Source: Desulfurococcales archaeon (GTDB taxonomy: Archaea; Thermoproteota; Thermoprotei_A; Sulfolobales; NBVN01). Taken from it: a stretch of 64,000 nt of DNA. The notes below the pieces were generated by a model, which saw nothing but the letters and a program-made list of their open reading frames with translations, was not told where the DNA came from and ran no database searches. The stretch's first letter is position 1; every line of letters starts with the position of its first letter. Made by a program: the position numbers and the translations under genes. The stretch is taken from contig JALWZB010000061.1 in NCBI GenBank assembly GCA_027002995.1, positions 3,000 to 66,999 on the forward strand, given 5' to 3'. Below are positions 52,596 to 60,472 of this stretch, one piece after another.

Positions 52596-52654
52596 ACGCG
52601 TCAGGGCGGATTACACTCATCACGCCTCAGAGATCGAGGGCTTCATCAACCACT
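52596..52654 (-). ncRNA. box C/D sRNA (canonical architecture)
   Basis: Minus-strand read: uUGAUGA (C, 52643-52649), 12 nt agcccucgaucu, CUGA (D', 52627-52630), ggc, GUGAUGA (C', 52617-52623), 12 nt guguaauccgcc, CUGA (D, 52601-52604). It starts about 25 nt after the stop of the 52678 gene and is followed by a U-rich stretch. Confidence 0.75.
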
Positions 52655-52677
52655 ACTCTTTATGCTCAAGGCGCTAA

Positions 52678-53283
52678 TTACTTCTCCGTCCCCTCACCTT
52701 GATTGTAAGGGGTTAGGATCCCTTTATCCACAAGGAGCTTGAGGGCCTTCCTAAGCACGCCTCTGACCCTCCATCTTCTTGTGGGGTCACCCGTTAGTTT
52801 CTTGGCTACTTCACGGATCGACTTACCCTTGCCGAGTTCCTCCAGAATCCGCCTCTCATCCTTGGGGAACTCCGACCTTAGGTATCTTAACGCTAACCTA
52901 GCGATGTCCTCAGGTTTTAATCCGAGGTATGGGTCCTCACTACTGAGGTGATCCAAGCGCTGGAGTACCTCGAACTCAATTATAGTTACTTCCTCATCCC
53001 CGCTTAACCTCTTCCCGTACACTTTCTTTAACTCCTTGAGTAGCTCTCTACGGCTTTCGAAGCCATCCTTCCTAGCATCCTCGTCCGTTAGCTCGGAGAC
53101 CTTCTTATGTGTGACGTGCGTTATCCTTACCTTGCATATGGGTCTACCGCCACTATGCACTATGACCTCCCTGTACCTAGGTATTACCTTACCCAACCTC
53201 ACCGTGGCGCGTTTCTTACCACTCAGCAACATGTCGGCGTACTCCTTCCGTAGCATTATGTGTCTCCTGAGGTATGTCGGCAA
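52678..53283 (-). CDS. ASCH-domain protein with C-terminal HTH
   Basis: 201 aa. It has an N-terminal ASCH pattern (EYADMLLSGKKRATVRLGK) and a C-terminal HTH (GKSIREVAKKLTGDPTRRWRVRGVLRKALKLL). Confidence 0.65.
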   Translation of the reverse strand: MPTYLRRHIMLRKEYADMLLSGKKRATVRLGKVIPRYREVIVHSGGRPICKVRITHVTHKKVSELTDEDARKDGFESRRELLKELKKVYGKRLSGDEEVTIIEFEVLQRLDHLSSEDPYLGLKPEDIARLALRYLRSEFPKDERRILEELGKGKSIREVAKKLTGDPTRRWRVRGVLRKALKLLVDKGILTPYNQGEGTEK

Positions 53284-53316
53284 GTACTCACCTCGTCGAA
53301 ACCATCGAGTCAGGAG

Positions 53317-53326
53317 TTTATATAAA
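53317..53326. promoter_or_regulatory. shared TATA element (tttatataaa) midway between divergent starts 53283 (-) and 53358 (+)
   Basis: An AT-rich symmetric TATA lies about 37 nt from each start codon. Confidence 0.4.
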
Positions 53327-53357
53327 GTGATGTGCGTTATGTTCTTAGGGCGCTTCC

Positions 53358-54074
53358 TTGAGTAGTGTACGGAGCATCCCGGAACCCGTCAGGGTCGCGC
53401 GGTTCAACGCGATAAGGAAGGCATTAACCTGGGTTAAGGACGCTGACATCGTGGGTATTGGGACAGGATCAACGATGGCGCAGTTCGTGGACGTAGCCCA
53501 CGAAGCCGGTGTGCTTGAAGGTAAGTTAATCGTTACGTCCTCCCTCGACACGACGTTAAGACTCAAGAACCTAGGTTATAGGGTTGCCGACCTAGTTAGT
53601 ATTGAGAGGATTGACGTGTACGTTGATTCTGCTGATGAAGTTGATAAGCAGGGACGAATGATAAAGGGAGGCGGGGGCGCCTTACTCCAAGAGAAAATAC
53701 TCGCAACATACTCCGATGTGGCGGTGTTCGTTGTGGATAGCGCTAAGCTAGTAAGCAGGTTGGGAGAGAGGAGCCCCGTACCGGTTGAGGTTGTTCCAAG
53801 AGCCGTATCCTTGGTTTTGAGGGCATTGAGGGATCTGGGATTCAAGGCTAAGATTAGGGAGGGTTCGGGGAAGAAAGGCCCCGTTATCACCGATAACTCC
53901 GGGGCAATCATAGATGTGGAGGTTCCGGAATGGATTGATCCCACGGAGATGGATGCTATACTTCATAGTGTCGTGGGTGTTGTTGAGACCGGGTTATTCC
54001 TTAAGGAGGCTACGTTAGTATATGTTGGATACCCCGACGGAAAGGTAACAGAGGTTAAGGGACCTAGAGGATAA
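53358..54074 (+). CDS. rpiA: ribose-5-phosphate isomerase A
   Basis: 238 aa with a TTG start. Motifs seen: VGIGTGSTMAQFV, DSADEVD, KGGGGALLQEKI. Confidence 0.9.
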   Translation: MSSVRSIPEPVRVARFNAIRKALTWVKDADIVGIGTGSTMAQFVDVAHEAGVLEGKLIVTSSLDTTLRLKNLGYRVADLVSIERIDVYVDSADEVDKQGRMIKGGGGALLQEKILATYSDVAVFVVDSAKLVSRLGERSPVPVEVVPRAVSLVLRALRDLGFKAKIREGSGKKGPVITDNSGAIIDVEVPEWIDPTEMDAILHSVVGVVETGLFLKEATLVYVGYPDGKVTEVKGPRG

Positions 54075-54099
54075 AAACGAGAGATCTTCCTAGTGAAGG

Positions 54100-55086
54100 T
54101 TATTGCTTCCCTAAGTTCAGAATGTACTCGTAGGCGGAGAGAGCCGCTACTGCTCCTTCAGCAGCTGCCGTTACTACCTGATCGAACTTCTTTTTGTGTG
54201 GGCCGGCCGTGCAGTCGCCTGCGGCGAATACTCCAGGTATGTTCGTTTCCTGCCCCGGCCCCACTATGACGAAGCCCTTCTCATCCGTTTTGAGGCCTAT
54301 GGTTTCGAAGAATTCCTTCGGCGGGACTGAACCAACCTCTATTACCACGCCCTCCACCGGTATCTTGCCGATTTCACCCGTCTTCACGTTCTTTACTTCA
54401 ACCCATTTGACGGTCCTCTCCCCACCTATCCTCACCACTACGGTATTCAGCACGGGTTCTATGCGGTCGTTCCTCCTTATTAAGTCAACGTACGCCTTGA
54501 ATGCTCTGAACTCGTCCCTCCTGTGTATTAAGTAAACCTTAGGTGAGTACTCAGCTAGGAGGAGTGCTGCCTGTAGGGCTGCGTTTCCGCCGCCTACGAC
54601 CGCCGTTACTTTGTCTTTGAAGAGCGGGGCATCACATGGAGCGCAGTAAGTCACGCCTCTTCCTCGAAACTCTTCTTCACCGGGAACGCCTAGTTTCTTC
54701 CTTTTACTCCCTACGGCTATTATCACGGCCTTAGCGGTGAACTCCGCTCTCGAATACGTGAATACTTTGAATGCATCACCTTCCTTCAACACCTTCTCCA
54801 CCTTATCAAGGATTATTGGGACGTCATACTTGCGTACGTGTTCTTCGAACTTCCTTGCGAGGTCCGGTCCCATGATCTCCGGCATGCCTATGTAGTCGTC
54901 GATGAGCCCCGCTTCAGTGAGAGAGCCGCCTATCTTTTCCGTTATGACTGCTGTGTTAAGGCCGAATCTCTTTGAATATAGAGCTGCCGACAATCCGGCC
55001 GGCCCGCCGCCCACGATTATGACGTCGTACGTCCCTCCTGCTGGCCTAGTCATTAAGCCTAGTCTAAACTTCATTGTCTTATACAC
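54100..55086 (-). CDS. trxB: thioredoxin reductase
   Basis: 328 aa. Motifs seen: YDVIIVGGGPAGLSAALY, redox centre YCAPCDAPLF, VVGGGNAALQAA, FAAGDC. Confidence 0.9.
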   Translation of the reverse strand: MYKTMKFRLGLMTRPAGGTYDVIIVGGGPAGLSAALYSKRFGLNTAVITEKIGGSLTEAGLIDDYIGMPEIMGPDLARKFEEHVRKYDVPIILDKVEKVLKEGDAFKVFTYSRAEFTAKAVIIAVGSKRKKLGVPGEEEFRGRGVTYCAPCDAPLFKDKVTAVVGGGNAALQAALLLAEYSPKVYLIHRRDEFRAFKAYVDLIRRNDRIEPVLNTVVVRIGGERTVKWVEVKNVKTGEIGKIPVEGVVIEVGSVPPKEFFETIGLKTDEKGFVIVGPGQETNIPGVFAAGDCTAGPHKKKFDQVVTAAAEGAVAALSAYEYILNLGKQ

Positions 55087-55191
55087 CCATGGGGATCATT
55101 CATCAGTAATAATATGTGTTATGCTTTACGTTAATTTCTTTAGTTCATAGATAACTCTATCTAATCGATGAATGCATGAGGTGGGAAAACT

Positions 55192-55881
55192 TTGAGAAAG
55201 ACGCACCAAGCAATAGTTAGCGTGGATGTTAGGGCGCTGGGGATATTCCTAGCTTACACATCATGTGGTGGCGTGCTTGCCGAGGAAGGAAGGCCTGACG
55301 TAGCTGCTGACATTAATGAGTTAGTGGTGAAGCTCAGATCTTCCTATGATATTCAGGCACTTAAGAGTCACCCGCTAGTGAGATCCTATAGAGACATAAT
55401 GTGGAGGTTAGGGATAGATCCAACTAAGGTTAGGCCCTCTAGCGAAGCGCTGATTCGTAGGGTTCTTCGAGGTCATTCATTCCCCTCTATTAACAGTGTG
55501 GTTGATTCTTGTAATATGGCTTCTGCTGAGAGCTTAGTCCCCATAAGCATATTTGATCATGACTTAGTTAGGGAGCCCTTAACTTTAAGGCGTGCGAGGG
55601 AGGGGGAGGTATTCATAGACTTCGGGGGTAGGGAAAGAAAACTTAGCGGGAAAGAGGTGGTGCTTTCCGATGCTAATGGAAACATACTTCATCTGTACCC
55701 CTACAGGGATAGCGCAGCAGCCGCGATAAGGACTGGGAGAACGAATTGTGTTGATATAATTGCCTATGGCGCGCCAGGCGTGCCGAAAACCACGGTTCTC
55801 GAGGCTGTTCGTAAAGTATGCGCGTACTTACTGAAGTACTACCCTAACGCTTCCTGCTCACAACCGTTGCTGACCTACTGA
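55192..55881 (+). CDS. B3/B4 tRNA-binding-domain protein (PheRS-beta B3_4-like)
   Basis: 229 aa. It reads YRDIMWRLGIDPTKVRPSSEALIRRVLRGHSFPSINSVVDSCNMASAESLVPISIFD. Confidence 0.65.
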   Translation: MRKTHQAIVSVDVRALGIFLAYTSCGGVLAEEGRPDVAADINELVVKLRSSYDIQALKSHPLVRSYRDIMWRLGIDPTKVRPSSEALIRRVLRGHSFPSINSVVDSCNMASAESLVPISIFDHDLVREPLTLRRAREGEVFIDFGGRERKLSGKEVVLSDANGNILHLYPYRDSAAAAIRTGRTNCVDIIAYGAPGVPKTTVLEAVRKVCAYLLKYYPNASCSQPLLTY

Positions 55882-55962
55882 TTTATTGGGTTAAGGTCAC
55901 CCTTGGGTGAAGGTACAGAATTAATTTTACCTTGCACCCTACCTTCTCGAGGAGGTTAAGTC

Positions 55963-57060
55963 ATGGGGATAATCAAGGTTAACGCCCCTTTCGTCGGGGA
56001 GGATGAGATTCAGGCGGTTTCCGAGGTAATTAAGAGCGGTATGCTCGCACATGGTTCCGTTGTGGAGGAGTTTGAGCGTGAGTTCGCTAAGTACTTGGGC
56101 GTTCCGTACCTCTTGACGGTGTCGAATGGAACCATAGCGCTGTACGTTGCGTTAAAGGCCCTCGGTGTGGGTGGAAACGATGAAGTGATTGTGCCGGACT
56201 TCACGTTCTTCGCTACGGCATCAACCGTGGTGTTGGCCGGCGCGACCCCCGTATTCGCGGATATAGATCTTGAGACCTACACCTTGAATCCCGCTTCCGT
56301 GGAGGAACTCATCACTGATAGAACTAAGGCTATCGTCGTCGTGCACCTATATGGTCACCCAGCAAAGATGGATGAGATCCTACGAATAGCGAGGGAGCAT
56401 GGACTATACGTGATAGAGGACTGTGCACAATCACATGGTGCGGAGTACCGTGGTGTAAAGACAGGAAGCATAGGTGATGTCGGCGCCTTCAGCTTTTACG
56501 CCACCAAGAACTTAACGATGGGCGAAGGAGGCGCCATCTCAACTAAGTCGAAGGACGTAGCCGACTTCGTTAGGCTCTACAGGAACCACGGACAGAGAAA
56601 GCGCTATTATCACGAAGTGATAGGCTGGAACTTCAGGATAACCAACATTCAAGCCGCGATAGGTCTCCAGCAATTGAGGAAGCTTGATCAGATGAATTCC
56701 AGACGCCGGGAGATAGCGAAGCTTTACAGGGACGAGCTAAGTAGTATTGAGTCCCTGCGCTTACCTGTGGAGAAGCCTTGGGCAAAACATGTTTACCATC
56801 AATTCACGGTGTGGGTTGAAGGAGACGGTGCCAGGGATAGGTTAGCTGAGTACTTAAGGCAACATGGCGTTCAGGTAGGCATACATTACCCCAGACCCTT
56901 GCATGCGCAACCAGCACTACGCAAGTACTTCAGAACCCCATGTCCAAACGCGGAAAACGCCTCGACACATGTACTATCTCTACCCATGCATCCGGGTTTA
57001 AGTGATGAGAATGTGTTAACCGTGACGAAGTTAGTTAAGGAGTTCTTTAAGAGTACGTGA
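55963..57060 (+). CDS. DegT/DnrJ/EryC1/StrS-family PLP-dependent sugar aminotransferase
   Basis: 365 aa. It has SNGTIALYVAL, the PLP lysine in FSFYATKNLTMGEGG, and NFRITNIQAAIG. Confidence 0.85.
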   Translation: MGIIKVNAPFVGEDEIQAVSEVIKSGMLAHGSVVEEFEREFAKYLGVPYLLTVSNGTIALYVALKALGVGGNDEVIVPDFTFFATASTVVLAGATPVFADIDLETYTLNPASVEELITDRTKAIVVVHLYGHPAKMDEILRIAREHGLYVIEDCAQSHGAEYRGVKTGSIGDVGAFSFYATKNLTMGEGGAISTKSKDVADFVRLYRNHGQRKRYYHEVIGWNFRITNIQAAIGLQQLRKLDQMNSRRREIAKLYRDELSSIESLRLPVEKPWAKHVYHQFTVWVEGDGARDRLAEYLRQHGVQVGIHYPRPLHAQPALRKYFRTPCPNAENASTHVLSLPMHPGLSDENVLTVTKLVKEFFKST

Positions 57061-57150
57061 GCTAGTGTTGCATGACAATTAACACTGTTTACATGAATGG
57101 ATACTCCTAAGGAAACGTGAAAAACATTTTAAGCCACGTTTTAACTTCAT

Positions 57151-57868
57151 ATGTTAGGTGATCTAGACGGGGGAAAAATTCAAGGAACCCATAGAGGATT
57201 ACCTTGCCACGATATATAAGTTAGAGACACTTTATGGAGAGGCACGGACATCGCAGATAGCGAGGGAATTAGGGGTACGGGACGGTACGGTATCTAAAGT
57301 ACTGCGTCACCTTCAGAAACATGGCTACGTGACAGTCCACCGGTACAGGGGAGTGAAGCTTACACCTAAGGGCAGAGAGATAGCTATGAGAGTTATAAGG
57401 AATCACAGAATACTTGAGATATTTCTCTATGATTTCCTAGGCTTTGACGCGTACAAGGCACACGAACTTGCTCACAAGATGGAGCACCTACCTCAGGAGG
57501 TAATAGACGCGATATACGAGAAGATGGGGCGCCCTGAGACATGTATATATGGGTACTCCATAGACCCACGCTACCCTCCACCCGTCCTCACGTTGGATAG
57601 GGCAGAGCCAGGTAAGTGCTACATGATTGTCTGCGTTGTGGAGGAACTCGCCAAGATTATTGAGAAACTGAAGGAGGCAGGATGCTTCATATGCTGCAGG
57701 GTTAAAGTAGAAAGTAAGGGTAGTCGCGGGCTAGTTCTTCGGGTCGAGGGGGGCAGGAAACTAATTTTAAGTTTAGAGGACGCTAGAACCATTGGTGCTG
57801 AAGAGGTAAGCTGCGATGATTTCGAGAAGGGTACCGCTAGCAAGTGCACCTCCAGGGTGCAGGTGTAG
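57151..57868 (+). CDS. DtxR-family iron-dependent regulator with FeoA/SH3-like C-terminus; reading frame interrupted at a G5A5 run
   Basis: The track ORF (57329-57868) lacks the wHTH. The same frame is open back to 57167 and encodes EKFKEPIEDYLATIYKLETLYGEARTSQIARELGVRDGTVSKVLRHLQKHGYV with no ATG, GTG or TTG. The only upstream start (ATG 57151, behind TATA-like ttttaag at 57127-57133) is in the frame one nt earlier and meets G5A5 at 57169-57178. Confidence 0.7.
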
Positions 57869-58052
57869 GGTAGTTAACATAGCTGGTGGGTTAGGCATTA
57901 CTCAAAGATTGTACGAAATGGGACTGACACCGGGCAGTGTCGTTGAGGTTGAATCCGGTGGGGGCGGGCCGGTAGTTGTCAAGGTAAGGGGCGTATCAAT
58001 AGTTATAGGCAGGGGTATGGCGTCTAAAATCATCGTTGAGATTCTGGATTAG
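57816..58052 (+). CDS. feoA: FeoA-domain protein
   Basis: 78 aa. The SH3-like FeoA pattern is PLASAPPGCRCRVVNIAGGLGITQRLYEMGLTPGSVVEV...VKVRGVSIVIGRGMASKIIVE. Confidence 0.75.
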   Translation: MISRRVPLASAPPGCRCRVVNIAGGLGITQRLYEMGLTPGSVVEVESGGGGPVVVKVRGVSIVIGRGMASKIIVEILD

Positions 58053-58066
58053 GAGGAATTGCTCCT

Positions 58067-59086
58067 TTAGCGTTCACTACTTATTGCGCGTAGACCCTTT
58101 TCCGTAAGCCTATACATTGTTCTCCCCTTAACCACTCTACGCTCCAAGTATCCCTCCCTCATCATCCTATTGACTCTCCGCCACACGACAGACTTATTGA
58201 GCCCTACTTTCCTGGCAATGTCGGATAAGGAGAGTTCTCCCCCAGCCAGTGCTGATAGTATTGCTAGGTCCCTATCGTCTAGTCCTGACGTGACTTCAGG
58301 CTCCGTGATTGCTGGGCGTCTACGGAGCGACTTAATTAGTGAGAATGCTACTATAGCGGCGGCAACTACAGCGAGCCCTGTGAAAGGTAGGTACTGGCTT
58401 AATTGCTGTTGAGGGGATGTGCTACTTGATGATCTTGATGATATGGATGAGTTAGTCTCGGAGGACTGCGTGGTTATCCGTGTTGTTGATGATGATTCGC
58501 TACTAGTAATTATGCTTGATTGTGCCGTGCTGGATGTTGTTGCTGTAGTCTGTGTTGGTGGTATCACCGCGTACTCTATCGAATATGTTCCTGGTTTGCT
58601 GAAGAGTAATACTATGCTCCCGTTCATGAAGTTTATGTCGGGATCTCCAGTGACATATGTTAAGGCAGTGCCCTGTGGAAGAAACACTGAGGCTGGGCCT
58701 TGCGGATGGATCGTTACGTTAATAATTACCTCCTCACTGACGTTACCAACCTGGGCTAAGTACTCAGCTATGAGCATGCCGACCTGCCCATACGTGTATA
58801 TCGTCGCTACGCCATTACTGACGTTAAAGTATAATGGGGTCCCATTCTCAGTGTACACCGTTAGCGTACCCTCCACGAAGCCCGGTTCGAGGCTCAACCT
58901 CACGTAATCCTGACCTGTAGCATTAACAATGACTGTTACGTCTGCTGTCCCTCTATAGTCAAGCCTGTAGATGTAACGGGCGTCAGACAATGTCGCTACG
59001 GTAAGTCCTTGGATAATAGCCGTGAATGTAAATACTGCTATTGCCAGTAACGCACATAATAGGCGCGTGAACCTCAGCATCTTCAC
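58067..59086 (-). CDS. type-I membrane protein with extracellular domain, Ser/Thr stalk, single TM helix and cytoplasmic C-terminal wHTH
   Basis: 339 aa. In order: signal MKMLRFTRLLCALLAIAVFTFTAIIQG, an ectodomain of about 170 aa, stalk TTATTSSTAQSSIITSSESSSTTRITTQSSETNSSISSRSSSSTS, TM helix LPFTGLAVVAAAIVAFSLI, then RRRP...LSLSDIARKVGLNKSVVWRRVNRMMREGYLERRVVKGRTMYRLTEKG. Confidence 0.7.
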   Translation of the reverse strand: MKMLRFTRLLCALLAIAVFTFTAIIQGLTVATLSDARYIYRLDYRGTADVTVIVNATGQDYVRLSLEPGFVEGTLTVYTENGTPLYFNVSNGVATIYTYGQVGMLIAEYLAQVGNVSEEVIINVTIHPQGPASVFLPQGTALTYVTGDPDINFMNGSIVLLFSKPGTYSIEYAVIPPTQTTATTSSTAQSSIITSSESSSTTRITTQSSETNSSISSRSSSSTSPQQQLSQYLPFTGLAVVAAAIVAFSLIKSLRRRPAITEPEVTSGLDDRDLAILSALAGGELSLSDIARKVGLNKSVVWRRVNRMMREGYLERRVVKGRTMYRLTEKGLRAISSER

Positions 59087-59171
59087 CTAACACCCTCTCA
59101 AGTGTTTCCTTTTCATATTGTGGAAGTTCCCGTTATTAGGCTTTGACTCAGTAATAGATTGGGGTTAGTAA

Positions 59172-59942
59172 ATGATGTTCAGGGAAGTTGACTTCGGTGA
59201 ATTTAGGCTTACAGAGTATGAATACTTTAGGATGAAAGAACCTGCGTACGCGTTACTCGCCATGCCTGACACTGGGTTGGTAGGTGTTATTGGGGCTAGC
59301 CACATGATAAAGGTCCTTAACCTGAAGGAGGTAGGGGGTATAGACTCGTATGTTTACCTACCTCCAATAGCGGTTATCAGTAAGAAAGAAATTAGGCTAC
59401 CAATAAGGATCTTCGCGTCAGATAACCTATTGGTAGTGTATAGTGAGTTTATGCCCCCACCCCAAGCCTTCCCCACACTATCTAAGGTACTGTTAGATTA
59501 CTTCGAGAGGAAAGGTGTTTCGCACGTCCTAATGGCGTCGGGGCTGGCTGTGCAGAATAGGTTTGAGTTAGATCAGCTTAAGACGTACTACATCACAACG
59601 AAGCCTGATGTTGAGGAGGTGCTTAAGGGTGTCGGGGCTCAGCCCTTCGAAAATGGGTTCCTCGTAGGGCCATATGCGCTCATGCTTAAGGAGGCCCTGA
59701 GGGCTGAGATGCCTGTGACTTTAGTGATGACCGAATCCTTCCTAGAGTTCCCCGATCCTGAGGCCTCTGCGAAGAATCTTGAAGCGCTCTCCAAGGTCAT
59801 CGGGATTACGGTGGATGTTAAGGAGCTTATTGAGAGGGCTGAAGCCATAAGGATGCGGGCTAGGGACGCAATGAAGGCGGTGATGCCCAGCCTAACACGC
59901 ATGAGGAAGGAGTACGAATACTCCATGCCACTCAACATCTGA
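59172..59942 (+). CDS. PAC2-family (proteasome assembly chaperone-like) protein, second paralog
   Basis: 256 aa. It has LLAMPDTGLVGVIGASHMI, the same family pattern as the gene at 35945-36697. Confidence 0.65.
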   Translation: MMFREVDFGEFRLTEYEYFRMKEPAYALLAMPDTGLVGVIGASHMIKVLNLKEVGGIDSYVYLPPIAVISKKEIRLPIRIFASDNLLVVYSEFMPPPQAFPTLSKVLLDYFERKGVSHVLMASGLAVQNRFELDQLKTYYITTKPDVEEVLKGVGAQPFENGFLVGPYALMLKEALRAEMPVTLVMTESFLEFPDPEASAKNLEALSKVIGITVDVKELIERAEAIRMRARDAMKAVMPSLTRMRKEYEYSMPLNI

Positions 59943-59974
59943 GACCTTAGTAGCTTAGTCGGTGGTGGGTATCA

Positions 59975-60424
59975 GTGAGCACAGATGAATTCGAGAGGTT
60001 TTGGCGGAGGATAAAGGAAATTGAGAGAAGAATGCTGGAAAGCTTCCGCGAGGAAGAGGAGCGGATCCTTAGGGAGTTTGAGGAGATTAGGAAAGCATTA
60101 ATACCGAGCTGGTCTTATGAAGGGTACTTACGTCCTCTCTACACCATGCGGGATTTGGGGAGCGAATACGTGCTCTACATAGATTTACCTAATGCTGATC
60201 AGGGATCTATAGACATAAAATTCAAGGGCAACGCCATCCTCATAAGGGCGAAGCTCAGGACGAAACATAGGTTCAGTGAGTGGTCTGGTCAGGGAGGGGA
60301 GACTGTATTCACTGAGTATAGGGATGTAATTACCCTCCCCTTTAACGTAGATCCCAGCTGCGTGTACTTACGTCAGAGGAAGGGAATGATCGAATTAAGG
60401 ATAAGGAAGCCTAAACGAGTCTAG
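59975..60424 (+). CDS. Hsp20/alpha-crystallin-family small heat-shock protein
   Basis: 149 aa with a GTG start. The ACD-like core is EYVLYIDLPNADQGSIDIKFKGNAILIRAK...YRDVITLPFNVDPSCVYLRQRKGMIELRIRK. Confidence 0.65.
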   Translation: MSTDEFERFWRRIKEIERRMLESFREEEERILREFEEIRKALIPSWSYEGYLRPLYTMRDLGSEYVLYIDLPNADQGSIDIKFKGNAILIRAKLRTKHRFSEWSGQGGETVFTEYRDVITLPFNVDPSCVYLRQRKGMIELRIRKPKRV

Positions 60425-60472
60425 GATTGGCTGGCTTAATCATTTAATTACTTAGGATCATTCTAACCCTAG

